This document shows, piece after piece, positions 24,770 to 35,704 of a DNA stretch of 64,000 bases; position 1 is the stretch's first letter, and each line of letters opens with the position of its first letter. Under the pieces are notes generated by a model. The model was not told the origin of the DNA. It ran no database searches and saw only the letters and a program-made list of their open reading frames with translations. The stretch spans positions 8,060,001-8,124,000 of the forward strand of contig NC_135767.1 of the NCBI RefSeq assembly GCF_052425735.1. Direction: 5' to 3'. A program made the translations under genes and the position numbers. Source of the DNA: Oculina patagonica. Taxonomy: Eukaryota.

Positions 24770-25873
24770 TGTAGACTTGAAAAAAAACTACCGAAGCACT
24801 ATCGCTTCTGCGAATTCGGAATTGACACGTCACCTTTTCCGAGAAATGATGTAATCGACGGTAAACATGCAGAAGGGGGTTCCCCGTTTGGCACAATAGC
24901 GAAGAGCGCGAGTGACATCACGACTCAGAAAAGACCCAGATAAACAAACCGAAATGGCGGACGATTTTCCTAAAACACCATCTAAAGCAGCCGGTATTCC
25001 TAAAACATTTTTATAACACGAAAGCTTCAACCCCGAATCTCGCTCCTTTTTCCATCTACATTCCCGGATCTCGGCCTTCAAATAAGCCAAATCCCGTATC
25101 CCGAAAAACCTATTGGGTGCCCTCTAATTAAGCCAACAAATATACATATTTTCTCGATTCACTTTCACTGGAGCTCCCGGCCATCGAAAGAACAATCTTC
25201 AAACTATAGTCTGGCCTTATTTAAGTCTGATTAGTTCGCGGATTGTTCTTTTACAGCTAACTGGAATATCAAATTAGATTGTTTATAATACAGGTTGAGG
25301 AATTTCCGAACGCTGATTGGTTAAAACGAGCTGTCTTTATCTAAAATACTTGCCAAATTTGGAACAGAGTAGTATATATTTCAAGAGCTTGAAATACTAC
25401 TCTCTTCCAAATATGGAAAGTGTAACAATTTAGACTGAAAAAAAAAAAAATGGCTGACAATTCTATCGTTCAGCGTGTGGACAAAAAAAGGACACTGTAA
25501 TGAAATTAGCTGTCAAAATGAACGAAAAACTACGAATATGGAAAGCAAAACACAAATAATAGCATGATCTGTACGAAGCAGCTCGTATAAAAACAACAAA
25601 TGAAATATTACGAGCCGGTATTGCTACCAAATACTACTGCAACTCATTCTATTACCTATACAAATTTGTCGTTTTACTGTAATCTGTACCAACAGCTGGG
25701 ACAACTTATGCGATTTTACCGAAATTGGTCAAAATTTTCCACTTCACATTGTCCTTGGTTTTCACCGTCGTGATTTCCAAATTATTACGGTTGGGTACCT
25801 CCAGAGGAGGTTTTGTTGTGGAACACGTTTTTGCGTTCTAGGGAGGGCAAAGGCAGGCACAATCCTCTACTTT

Positions 25874-25907
25874 GCTCCGACGAAGGGCTAACACTCGAAA
25901 CGTCAGC
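25874..25907 (+). ncRNA. Degenerate minimal hammerhead motif (Penelope type)
   Basis: GCT-CCGACGA-A-GGGC/TAAC/ACTC-GAAA-CGTC-AGC; the core CTGA is mutated to CCGA and stem II has a mismatch. Confidence 0.6.
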
Positions 25908-27281
25908 TTTTCGTTACGGCAGTTTAATTATTTACCTTAATCTACTTCCAGTTGATAATCAACTTGTAACAGACAACGTAAGTAGTCGATCCTTAATTTG
26001 TTGTTCAGTTCAGGAGCAGTTACATTTTGTCGTGTGCAAAAGCAAGATGTAAAGAATTTTTAGCACGAATTACAAAGATTTTGTAAGCAAAAGATGTCCG
26101 GTATCGGTTAGCTTTTAAACCCGCTTAAGTCAAGGAAAAAGAAACTGAGAAAAGTTTTGGCATCAGTTTGCTTTCGATTTCTACAGGCAGCAAAGCCATT
26201 TGGATCACGTACGGAAGTGGTCATATCGAAAATACAAAACAACTTGCATGGCGACTCCCAATAAAAAAAATCATGGCGAACCAATTAGCCGTCGTTTTTG
26301 CAAAAAAACAAAACAAATTTTGCTTCTCGAAAACAAGAAAATGTTTCTACCTCATGTCAAAAACCTTTTTTGCTCCCCGGACACAAATTTTGCTTCTGAA
26401 ACCAATGATGCCCAGTGAAGCCATGGAAGCAATGTTGACTAGTTTCTAGTGCTGCTCGTTAAAAACATTCCCGGAACATTGTTTCCTCGTTTAGCCACTC
26501 GGGCAGCAAAACATTTTCTTTGCTTCCTGCTAATTTAGCCACCCAGAAAACATGACAAGGGAACAATGTTTCCGCAACAATTTTCCTAGTTTAGCCAGGC
26601 CTTTAGCGGGAAGCAAAGAAAATGCTTCCATGACTTCCATGGTGGCTACACTAGCTGGGCAACATATGTTTCGGAAGCAAAATTTGTGTCCGCAACATAT
26701 GTTTCCCGTGCGGCCATACTGGGAAAAATTTGACTCGGCAACTAGTGTTTCTGCAACAATGTTTCCTAGTTTAGCCAGGTCTTTTAAAACTCCGTTTTGT
26801 GACGATATGTTTTTCCGCACTGGAACACAATTCACGAATAAACGGAGACTTTAGAATTGTAAAGGGAACGCTCTGGAACATTCTGGAGCACTGGGGAAAA
26901 TTAGCTCTTTCAAGCAACTCGCATGACTTGAGGGGACGAAAACTCGTCACGATTTTCTGGTCACGGGAATCTACTTCAGTGGTCTTCTTACTGACGTCAA
27001 GGATGAGACAGAACTTGGGTCCAACCGCAGTCTTTTTTGCTTCGTTAAATAAAATCAAAAAACGTTTCAATATCGCTTGCTTATAAATGTTTTTCTAGGT
27101 ACAAAGTAGTGCCGACATGTCACTTAAGTAAATACGCCCAAGCGTAAAACAAAAAACTTAAATACTCTTTTCAAAGTAAGCGATTCTTAATTGATTGACA
27201 AGCAGGGAGAACCCCCTTTTGAAAGGATCTGGTCCAATACAAATTTCCCTATGCCGTGTATGAAAGGAGCTGTTGCAATCA

Positions 27282-27609
27282 CAGGGAGAAAAACACAGTT
27301 GAGGAATTGAATAATAAAAGAATATTACTCCCCTGGCTGCGTTTGTTTCCTAGGCGATACACAAGACAGCACTGTTGTCGTTTGCTGAGCTGTCTTGTGC
27401 GCGAGCGGATCTCAGATATGCTAATTTTCTCCCTTTATAATTATTATTAGAAAATAAGCATATCTGAGATTTATAATTATTATAAAGGGAGAAAGTTGCA
27501 TGTCTAAGATCCGCTCGCGCACAAGACAGCTCAGACAGCTCGGCCACCTGAGTAACGTATTCTTTTACTGATCAATTTATTCAATTCCTCAACTGTTGTG
27601 GTCTCCCTG
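27282..27609. mobile_element. Hairpin/palindromic MITE upstream of the 27940 gene
   Basis: CAGGGAGA...CAGTTGAGGAATTGAATAA...GAGCTGTCTTGTGCGCGAGCGGATCT is mirrored by AGATCCGCTCGCGCACAAGACAGCTC...TTATTCAATTCCTCAACTG...TCTCCCTG. Confidence 0.75.
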
Positions 27610-27939
27610 AGATACAGTACATGCAGGTATCAACACAAATGTCATTATGACTAGGCGACTAATTCATCATGACTAAGCGAGTTCTCTCGTAACAGTTTCT
27701 ATAAAAAAAACTCCTTGTAAACTACATATTGCTTTTAAGAATCTAAGTGTTCTGAGAGCTTAATATAAATCATTAAAACTTCCGGATTCCCAGAAACCAA
27801 ATATTGCTTCAACCGCGGTATTGAAATTTCCGGGTCAGTTCTTGCAATAAAATAGAACTTGAAGCACCTTTGCGATTCTAATCTCTTTAGCTGACTGGGA
27901 CGTGAACGTTCGGCAATTCTAAGGTATTTCGCGTAGATC

Positions 27940-28764
27940 ATGGTAAAACTGTTAACCCAATACATATTTTACGGTCGCCCCGCACTATTTGCAGTTCTGG
28001 CAATATTTCAAGCGTATGGGTTGACAAATTTTCTTGTAAAATACAAAGATTACGAAGGTTGGTATGCAATCGCCCCGGTGTTCTTTCCCGCTTTTTTAGC
28101 GTGGTGGTGGCATACATACGATCTGACAGGGCGTTTACGCTGGCTCTGTACTGTCTGGCTGCTTCATGTTGGCATTGGATTAATTCCTACAATTGGAACC
28201 ATATTTGGGCTCATCGAGAACGATCTCCAAAGAGGTGAACTATTAAGTCCTGGTAGTTTGAAATTGATCCTGTGCGTTTCACCACTTCTTCTGTTGATTT
28301 TATTAAACAACCCACTCGTGAAAACAGATTCAAATGAATATCATGCGTTAATAACTGACCTTTCCTACAAGATGACGATTGATTTCTTCGATGGAGTGGA
28401 TATGCTGGGCTTGGTTTTACAAGAAAGTGAAATCAGCCATGGAATTCCAACGAGTTTCGAGAAAGCAATAGTTGCTTTTGCATGTATTGGCTTTCTCCTT
28501 TCGCCGTTGGATTTGTTTGGGCACAAGGTCCAGCAAGATGGGCTCGTAAGAGGCAGTAATACAGCGGTTTCCATGCGGATTGTAGTTCAAGTTTTCATCA
28601 ATGCTCTGTTCCTTGGGGTTCGCGTGGCAGTACATATCGAATACGGTGCAGATGCCTCGATATTCATTACCAAGAATGTGATCATGATATTAATCCCCAT
28701 TTTTAAAACAATATCCTTCCTAAAATGTTGCGAGAAAGACCCTGAAGACGAACTTGAAATATAA
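27940..28764 (+). CDS. TMEM121/CECR6-like multipass membrane protein (274 aa), divergent paralogue
   Basis: Intact ORF with LLSPGSLKLILCVSPLLLL, TIDFFDGVDML, SHGIP and DASIFITKN; opposite strand to the other copies. Confidence 0.85.
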   Translation: MVKLLTQYIFYGRPALFAVLAIFQAYGLTNFLVKYKDYEGWYAIAPVFFPAFLAWWWHTYDLTGRLRWLCTVWLLHVGIGLIPTIGTIFGLIENDLQRGELLSPGSLKLILCVSPLLLLILLNNPLVKTDSNEYHALITDLSYKMTIDFFDGVDMLGLVLQESEISHGIPTSFEKAIVAFACIGFLLSPLDLFGHKVQQDGLVRGSNTAVSMRIVVQVFINALFLGVRVAVHIEYGADASIFITKNVIMILIPIFKTISFLKCCEKDPEDELEI

Positions 28765-29272
28765 ACACTCCTCCTAACATGAACCATGGAAAACAGTTTC
28801 CACGAATTTCAAAGCATTAGGAATACAAACGCTAGTTACATCCCAGAATTACTTAAAAATATAATTTGAATTTGTTTGTTAGATATGCTTTAGGATAGAT
28901 TGAAACTAGATAAAATTGTAACAAGTCAAAAGCTCTTACCTTGAATTTCAAACAGACTTCGTTGTTTATCAGAGCAAGATCTACATCTGATTTTTCAGAT
29001 TTCATATTTTTTAACTTTAATAATTTCAGGATGTTCTATTTATTACTCGTCTTCTGTGTTGTGGAGACATATCAGGACACAAATGGATATTTGTTAATAG
29101 CTCTAGTGTTATATCAGTTACCAGTTAACTATATATCATTGTAGGAAAGAAGAAGTATAGCTAAGAACAGGAGTAACAGGCTTGCAGGCCTGTTTGCTTA
29201 TAACTTATTAAAACTTTCAATTCCAAAAAACTAAGTGTTGCTCGCTTCCCCAAAGTGGCATGGCCGAGGCTA

Positions 29273-29646
29273 TAAGGGACGGGCCATTTTTTTTTTGCAG
29301 GGAAAGGAGGGGGGGGGGGGGTATGAAAAATATTGAAAAAAATTGTTTGCAGGGCCAAGAAAGACAAAATAAATTGTTTGAAAACACGATATTTTTAACA
29401 AAAAATAGTTTCTATTTCGAAAAAAAAATTTTGCAGAGGTGCATAAACTGAAGAGCCGTTATTTTCCTTAGATTATAGTACTGGCCCTGAAGAAGACTAG
29501 CTCTGCTAGTTGAAATATTGGCCAATAAATCTTGCCCTCCTGCCGTTGTACCAGCCTTGCAATCAATCTGGTTTTAAAAAGAAAGTTTGCAGAGGAATAT
29601 TTTTTATACCTCCCTCCCCCCTCCAAAAATAATGGTCCGTCCCTTA
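29273..29646. mobile_element. MITE carrying a hammerhead-bearing fragment
   Basis: TIRs TAAGGGACGGGCCATT / AATGGTCCGTCCCTTA; a shorter member of the same family lies at 41835-42021. Confidence 0.7.
29482..29524 (+). ncRNA. Minimal type-I hammerhead ribozyme
   Basis: TGGCC-CTGAAGA-A-GACTAGC/TCT/GCTAGTT-GAAA-TATT-GGCCA: 5-bp stem I, 7-bp stem II, intact core, palindromic ATAT stem III, predicted cleavage after 29519. Confidence 0.75.
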
Positions 29647-30029
29647 ACATTGGCAAGGCTGAGGACAACGCCCTTACAAAAAAAAATATTTTATGTAAGA
29701 ATCTCGCAATTATCCAGCTCTATATATTCAGTACTAGTGTATCTATTGGTTTAGGAAATAGCTCCAGCTGAATATGTAAAGAGAGCTTTCAACCCCAAAT
29801 AAAAATACGAGAATTTTGCCGTCGTCGTTCATGTTCTCAAAATACGCAGAATTTGTTCATTTACCGTTGCTGATTTGCTGATTTGCAGAGAACGGCCAGG
29901 ATATATATGAAGATTTTAAACGCATGCACGTGCAGAGCTATTGTTTAGAAGAGGATGTCGTTCGCGTTGCCGTCGTACTTAAGCTAGTACTTAACTGATG
30001 ACGTTTCAGTCACATACACAACGACATGT

Positions 30030-30294
30030 AAGGGTTATGAATGGTCCATCAAAACTTTGCAGTGCTCGCAAAATTAGGCTTCTGCTCGGAATGCTCGCAA
30101 AATTTTTAGTGAGTGCTCGTTTGCTCGTTGTCGCATATTTTTACAAGTGCTGGCATGCTCGGTTTTTCGAGGAGGTAGCTTTTTCAAAAGTGCTCGTTGC
30201 TCGTAAGGCTGGCATTTGTCAATGCTTGTGCTCGCAAAGAAAAACGCTCTGCGCGCATGCTCGTAAATGCTCGCAAAGACCATTTGATACCCCT
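30030..30294. mobile_element. MITE with internal TGCTCG repeats
   Basis: AAGGGTTATGAATGGTC / GACCATTTGATACCCCT ends; more than 10 TGCTCG units. Confidence 0.6.
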
Positions 30295-30687
30295 CATGTA
30301 CATAGTCAGCAAGGTTTGTTCAGAAAATCCGCTCAAATGGCTGTCTTGACGTCACAAAATAAGACAGAACTCTCAGGACACGCCTCATTTCAGCACATGC
30401 CTTGCCTCACCCACTTGAAGGAAAGAACCTGGTTACCACTGCTGCAAGCATGGCCGCTTCAGAAAGTGTGTTTGTGACGGAAATTTGCTCCCAGTGAGAA
30501 CGTTACAAGCGTTGCAAATCACCCGGAACACGTACCTGGCCAGCACCGGTAAAAATGTCACTCGTTGCTAGTTTAGGCAAGTTAAACGACTCCATAGCGA
30601 AAGCCTTGGTGGTGTTCTTCAAAAATAACGATCACAATGCTAACCGAAATTTAAATATTTCTTCCGCTGCTCAGCCGCGAACACCTG

Positions 30688-30696
30688 ATAATAATG

Positions 30697-30744
<48 letters not shown>

Positions 30745-31165
30745 GTTTTATTGGTAACATTTCTACAGAGTAGCTCTTCATTTACCAAACTAACCCTAGC
30801 CTAGCAAATAAAATGATATTTACAATTATAACTCTTTTATCGTTAACTAGTTACTGTATACTACTATGCTACCATACTATATACATTTATGCATTTAAAA
30901 AATACTATACTGTATACATCTAAGAAAAAATAAAAAATAAAAATAAATAAAAACAAAAATAAAAAAAGCTTCAGGAGATCAATCTGTTGGTTTAGTTTTT
31001 TTTTAAAGGAAGCGCTTTACTTCCCTGCAAACTGCATCATGGTCACAGTGTTTTTAAGGTTCGTTGGAAGTTTGTTAAATAAGGTAGCGGCGTGATCTTG
31101 AAAGGTGTTAGATATTAGTGGGATTTCTACTTGAATACAACTGTTTGACCTTAAGATTCTCAAAA
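30688..31165 (-). mobile_element. 3' remnant of an L2/CR1-type LINE with (TTA)n tail
   Basis: Minus-strand LRSNSC...TFQDHAATLFNKLPTNLKN is a typical LINE ORF2 C-terminus; (AAT)n tract at 30688-30743. Confidence 0.65.
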
Positions 31166-31522
31166 TAAACTGAAAATCATTTCCCATTTCCAAACTTTTT
31201 TGCATAACCGTCCATGCGGGGAAAGGCTCAAGTTTGTCGCCCGCGTTGGGGGTACTCAAAAACGTTTTATACGGGTACGGGGAGGCTCCGCCCCGAGGTC
31301 CAACCCCTTACCCTTATATATACCATTTTGACAGAAAAGGGCATCCCTTTCGTATACCTTTTATTAAAGAAAGGTACCCCTTTCATATACCTACACGACA
31401 CAACATATACTTTTTTTACTTTAATTATTTTTATTAGCTTTCAAAAAATAATACAATGTTTTAGTTACTAAACTACTACAAACACTACAAATAAATATGA
31501 ATAAAATTCAAAACTACTTTAC

Positions 31523-31579
<57 letters not shown>

Positions 31580-33900
31580 TAATGAACTTATATTGCGCAA
31601 GTATCAATCAAGGATTTTCACTTGCGCATTACAATATATATAAAAAAATATATCACTAACTGGCCCTAAAATTAATAAAAATACTAAAATGCATGATAAG
31701 TGTAAAATTACAATCAATAAAAAATAAAAATTAGCTTAAAAACGCCTTGAGTCTTAAGATACTTTTTAAAACTATTTACAGATAAAATATTTCTAATAAA
31801 AATGGGAAGATCATTCCATAATTTCGGAGCAGCCATATAAAAAGATCTGTCACCCAGGGTAATAAAAGACTTGATGGTAGGAAAGTTTAAAAGTATTCCA
31901 TCATTTGACCTTAAGTTATATCTACCACCAGTATCCCTAACAGATATAAGTTCGGTAATGTAAGGCGGAGCGAGACCATGGATAGCCTTAAACGTTAACA
32001 ATGAAATCTTAAAGTCAATACGAAACTTGACAGGCAACCAATGGAGTGATCTAAGCAGAGGGGTAATGTGACAATATTTGCTTTGTTCTAAAACAAGGCG
32101 AGCGGCTGAGTTCTGAACTCTTTGCAATTTCTGTAGCTGACATGCCGGTAGTCCATATAATAAGCTGTTACAATAGTCAATTCGACTAGAGATAAAGGCA
32201 TGCATCAATGTTTCCGTACATTCCTTACTAAGATATTTCCTAATCCTTCTAATATTATACAAATAATAAAACGCAACAGAGCTTGTTTTCGTTATGTGGT
32301 CGCCCATCGATAGATTGGAATCCAACCACACACCCAGATTTCTAACGGGGGACTGCGGAGCAATGGGAAAGGTGCCAATCACTATGTTATCAATTCTGAC
32401 TTTACCGAGTTGCTGTTTGGTGCCGATCAGAAGAAGTTCTGTCTTAGCATCGTTCATGAGCAACTTGTCTTGAGACATCCACTGCCTAATGTCTTGAGTG
32501 CAGTGTTCGATAGCAGCAATTGCATCAGCCTGGCCAGATTGCTCCTTTGGACTGAAAGAGATGTATAACTGTGAGTCGTCGGCATAACAGTGTACAGTTG
32601 GCAGGTGCTTTCTGACGACATCAAACAATGCGCTTGCATAGACTGTAAACAGAAGCGGGCCAAGACAAGAGCCTTGGGGGACTCCATAGCGCAGATCAAA
32701 CTTCTCAGACACAGATCCACGAACAGAGACTCGCTGGGAACGCCCAGACAAATAAGATCGAAACCAGTCGAGGGCAGTGCCATTCAAACCAAGCTTTAAC
32801 GACAACCTTTTTAGTAGAATGTTATGATCGACGGTGTCGAAAGCCGCACTGAGATCAAGCAACACAAGAATAGTAACGTGCTGCTTATTCATATTCAACA
32901 GAATATCGTTCATTACTTTCAGAAGTGCTGTTTCAGTACTGTGGTTTCTTCTGTAAGCAGACTGTGCGTCCGGATATAAGTTGTTGCTAACCATGTGTCC
33001 GTGAATCTGGTTGAACGCGGCTCTCTCAATGAGTTTAGATACGAATGACAAGTTACTCACAGGACGGAAGTTCTTAAATAAGAAGTCCAAACCAGGTTTC
33101 TTTAACAATGGAAAAACAAGAGCCTCTTTCCAAAGTTCAGGGAATTGCCCAGACTGCAGTGAAGTGTTAATAATGTTTGTGAGAACTGGGAGAAGAACCT
33201 CGCATTTGCTTACCAGTGTGGATGGCATAGGGTCGAGGGGGCAGGACTTTTTTGCAGAGCTTTGGATTAGCAGTTTAACATCATTACAAGACAGCATCTT
33301 AAATGCAGGAACCGATGGTGCCGGCTCAGCAACAGCAGTGGATGGAGTGTCATTTTCTACATGTGAAACAGCCGGATCCGTGTCAAGCCGACTACGGATC
33401 GTTTCAATCTTCTGCACAAAGTATTTCCCCAAGTCGTTAGAAAAAACTGCACTGTTTAAATGGGGCGGGAGGCCATCATCCACAGTGCGATTAAACAAGC
33501 GCTGACTAGCTCGGAATAGTTTCCTTTGATCACCACTGTTCTCTTCTATGAAGTTAGTATAATACTCCCTACGAGCCTTATTTATAAGACGAGTAGTAGC
33601 ATTGCGTTTTGCTTTAAAAACAGCAAAATCAGAGTCCAATCGCGACATCCTCCACCTCTTTTCAGCCTTTCGTCGTTGGCGCTTCGCCTCCCTAATCTCC
33701 TCACTAAACCACGGTACACGAGGTCGCTGGACGACCGTTCTTGTTAGTAACGGCGCATGCTTGTCCAAAGCAGCTTTCAGGGTGTCATTATAAGATGTTA
33801 CGAGCTCCTGCAAAGCATCTGGCGGTTCCTGGCATAGCTTCGAAGTTGCCAAGGACTCGTTCAGGGAATCTACGTTAACAGATTTTACTTTCCGGTAGAC
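31523..33900 (-). mobile_element. 5'-truncated L2/CR1-clade LINE
   Basis: Open ORF2 remnant, 3' UTR stem-loop (TGCGCAAGT...ACTTGCGCA) and (TTA)n tail at 31523-31578; no endonuclease domain or ORF1. Confidence 0.92.
31714..33852 (-). CDS. LINE reverse transcriptase (N-terminally truncated ORF2, 712 codons open)
   Basis: NFRPVSNL, QSAYRRNHSTETAL, LLDLSAAFDTVDH, GVPQGSCLGP, YADD, SRIDYCNSLL, LHWLPV, WNDLP; the ORF-track start is TTG. Confidence 0.9.
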   Translation of the reverse strand: MATSKLCQEPPDALQELVTSYNDTLKAALDKHAPLLTRTVVQRPRVPWFSEEIREAKRQRRKAEKRWRMSRLDSDFAVFKAKRNATTRLINKARREYYTNFIEENSGDQRKLFRASQRLFNRTVDDGLPPHLNSAVFSNDLGKYFVQKIETIRSRLDTDPAVSHVENDTPSTAVAEPAPSVPAFKMLSCNDVKLLIQSSAKKSCPLDPMPSTLVSKCEVLLPVLTNIINTSLQSGQFPELWKEALVFPLLKKPGLDFLFKNFRPVSNLSFVSKLIERAAFNQIHGHMVSNNLYPDAQSAYRRNHSTETALLKVMNDILLNMNKQHVTILVLLDLSAAFDTVDHNILLKRLSLKLGLNGTALDWFRSYLSGRSQRVSVRGSVSEKFDLRYGVPQGSCLGPLLFTVYASALFDVVRKHLPTVHCYADDSQLYISFSPKEQSGQADAIAAIEHCTQDIRQWMSQDKLLMNDAKTELLLIGTKQQLGKVRIDNIVIGTFPIAPQSPVRNLGVWLDSNLSMGDHITKTSSVAFYYLYNIRRIRKYLSKECTETLMHAFISSRIDYCNSLLYGLPACQLQKLQRVQNSAARLVLEQSKYCHITPLLRSLHWLPVKFRIDFKISLLTFKAIHGLAPPYITELISVRDTGGRYNLRSNDGILLNFPTIKSFITLGDRSFYMAAPKLWNDLPIFIRNILSVNSFKKYLKTQGVFKLIFIFY

Positions 33901-33973
33901 ACATACCGGTATACAGACACTATAAATATTACAAAAAAAAATTGTTTACACAAAGAGTCCTCTGTTTTACATT

Positions 33974-34268
33974 GGGAGGCGCGGTGGCCTAATGGTTAGA
34001 GCGCCGGACTCCGGATCGAGCGGTCCGAGTTAGAGCCCCGGCCGGGGTCACTTGTGTTGTGTTCTTGGGCAAGACACTTTACTCTCATAGTGCCTCTCTC
34101 CACCCAGGTGTATAAATGGGTACCGGCGACATAATGCTGGGGGGAACCCTGCAATGGACTAGCATCCCATTCAGGGGGGAGTAGAAATATTCCTAGCCGC
34201 TTTATGCTACGGAAACCGGGATAAGCTCCGGCAGTGTGGGCCGCTTGGCTCGTGGCTTCTCCTTTTAC
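33974..34268 (+). mobile_element. Full-length tRNA-derived CORE-type SINE
   Basis: A box TGGCCTAATGG, degenerate B box, CORE-like CTTGGGCAAGACACTTTACTCTCATAGTGCCTC...TAAATGGG; partial copies at 17611, 44452 and 58370/58840. Confidence 0.8.
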
Positions 34269-34421
34269 AATGCTATTATGTTGTGGCCATCGGTGCAGAA
34301 TTGCATACTAATTTATTTTTATACTTCTTCCATTTCTTATTGTAACTTGTTGTTTGATTTTGATATCATTGCCTCTACTGATTTTGGTAAATCAATGTAA
34401 TTTTTGAGTTTAATACTCTTA

Positions 34422-34570
34422 TCTCTTGCGGTTTTTGCGAAATTTCACGATTTTCGTAATTTTCGCAGATTTCGTAATATTCGCAGTTTCGTCGAGGGCC
34501 CTCCTTGACACTTGTGTTTTCTTCTCTTGCGGTTTTTTGCGAAATTTCACGAATTTCGTAATTTTCGCAA
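34422..34570. repeat. Short tandem duplication (TCTCTTGCGGTTTTTGCGAAATTTCACGA.TTTCGTAATTTTCGCA x2)
   Basis: Two copies at ~34422 and ~34522. Confidence 0.75.
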
Positions 34571-34634
34571 CTGCGTGCATTTCTGGACATATCTCGCAGA
34601 GGGTAGAATAAAAATTTTGAAATTCTTGCAAATT

Positions 34635-35135
34635 TTATTTAGGATCTGTAATTAGGACTCCTTCGTTGTTTAAGACTTTGCGAACAGAGCTTTTAGCTTT
34701 CTTATGCGATTCAAGATTGAAAAAGTATTTGTTATTTCTTTCGCCTCTCTCATACCAATTGGCTTTTGATCGGATTATAGCACCTTTTGCTATTCGTTCA
34801 TAAATGGAATTATATTCTGTTTTTAAAATTTCAAGTTCCTCTTGGTTTTCAACAGTTGGTGATTCATTGCACTTCTCTTCGCTCAGTTTTAGAGAAGTCT
34901 CAATATCAGATTTTTTTTCTTTTTTCACGAGCTTTTTCTTTACTATATTTGATAGAAACTTGTCTGATTCTGATTTTATTGAGAACCCATAACAATCTTT
35001 TATCTGTAACTTCGTTAAATTCGTTTAACCACACGGGCACGCTTTCATTTATCAACTTAATGAAATCATCATCCTCCGTAAGACTGGCATTAAACTTCCA
35101 GAAAGACGGACCCTGTTTCGGTTTATCTATGCAAT
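34635..35135 (-). mobile_element. Tx1/L1-clade LINE ORF2 internal fragment
   Basis: GPSFWKFNASL...; GAIIRSKANWYERGERNNKYFFNLE (EN-RT linker motif); frameshifted. Confidence 0.85.
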
Positions 35136-35704
35136 TAAAACAGGACGTTTTCTTGAAATGTTGATGCAGCGCTTAATAAATTAAGACGATACAGCCATAA
35201 GTTGCGTCTGTTCGAAATATTTAATTTAAAGGCCTTTTTAAATATCTTAATGACAGAATTTCCTACCCTTTCATATACCTAAATTTTTGAACTCCCTACC
35301 CTTTTATATACCTGAAGCCTAAAAAAGGTGCCCCTTTTGGACGGAGCCTCCCCGTATAGGCCATCATAGGGAGTTCCCCCGGGGGGGCTGCCACCTTTTT
35401 TAACCTAACTATGGCTATTGTTATTTGGCCAATCAAGCAATACCTATTGTGTGTTTGTTCGGCTTTTTGAATGACCAAAAAACAAAATCTCCTAGCAAAG
35501 GTAAAAGTTTTTCCTACCCAGTTGTTTTATTATTTCGCCATAACACCAAATGCAAATTAGTTTCGCATCCAGGACTTCTCGGTTCAACAAAAGCGTGGCT
35601 AACCGTGTGTTGTATACTAATTTAGTGGCTAGTTATTGGCGAGCCGGACTGTTCACAGTCCCCTATTTTTCCGTGAAGTCGTAGAGATCGATCGTTGAGT
35701 TCGA

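Larger units (their letters stand above)
31248..35384. mobile_element. MITE split by nested insertions (left part 31248-~31393, right part ~35140-35384)
   Basis: Ends GGGGGTACTC...ACGGGGAGGCTCCGCCC and GGACGGAGCCTCCCGTAT...GAGTTCCCCC are inverted counterparts; both halves carry TACCCTTT(C)ATATACC repeats. Confidence 0.65.

Noticed and set aside
20424-28574. Antisense ORFs sharing SISTPSK over the TMEM121-like genes
   Set aside because: Reverse-strand shadow of the conserved DLFDGVEM motif
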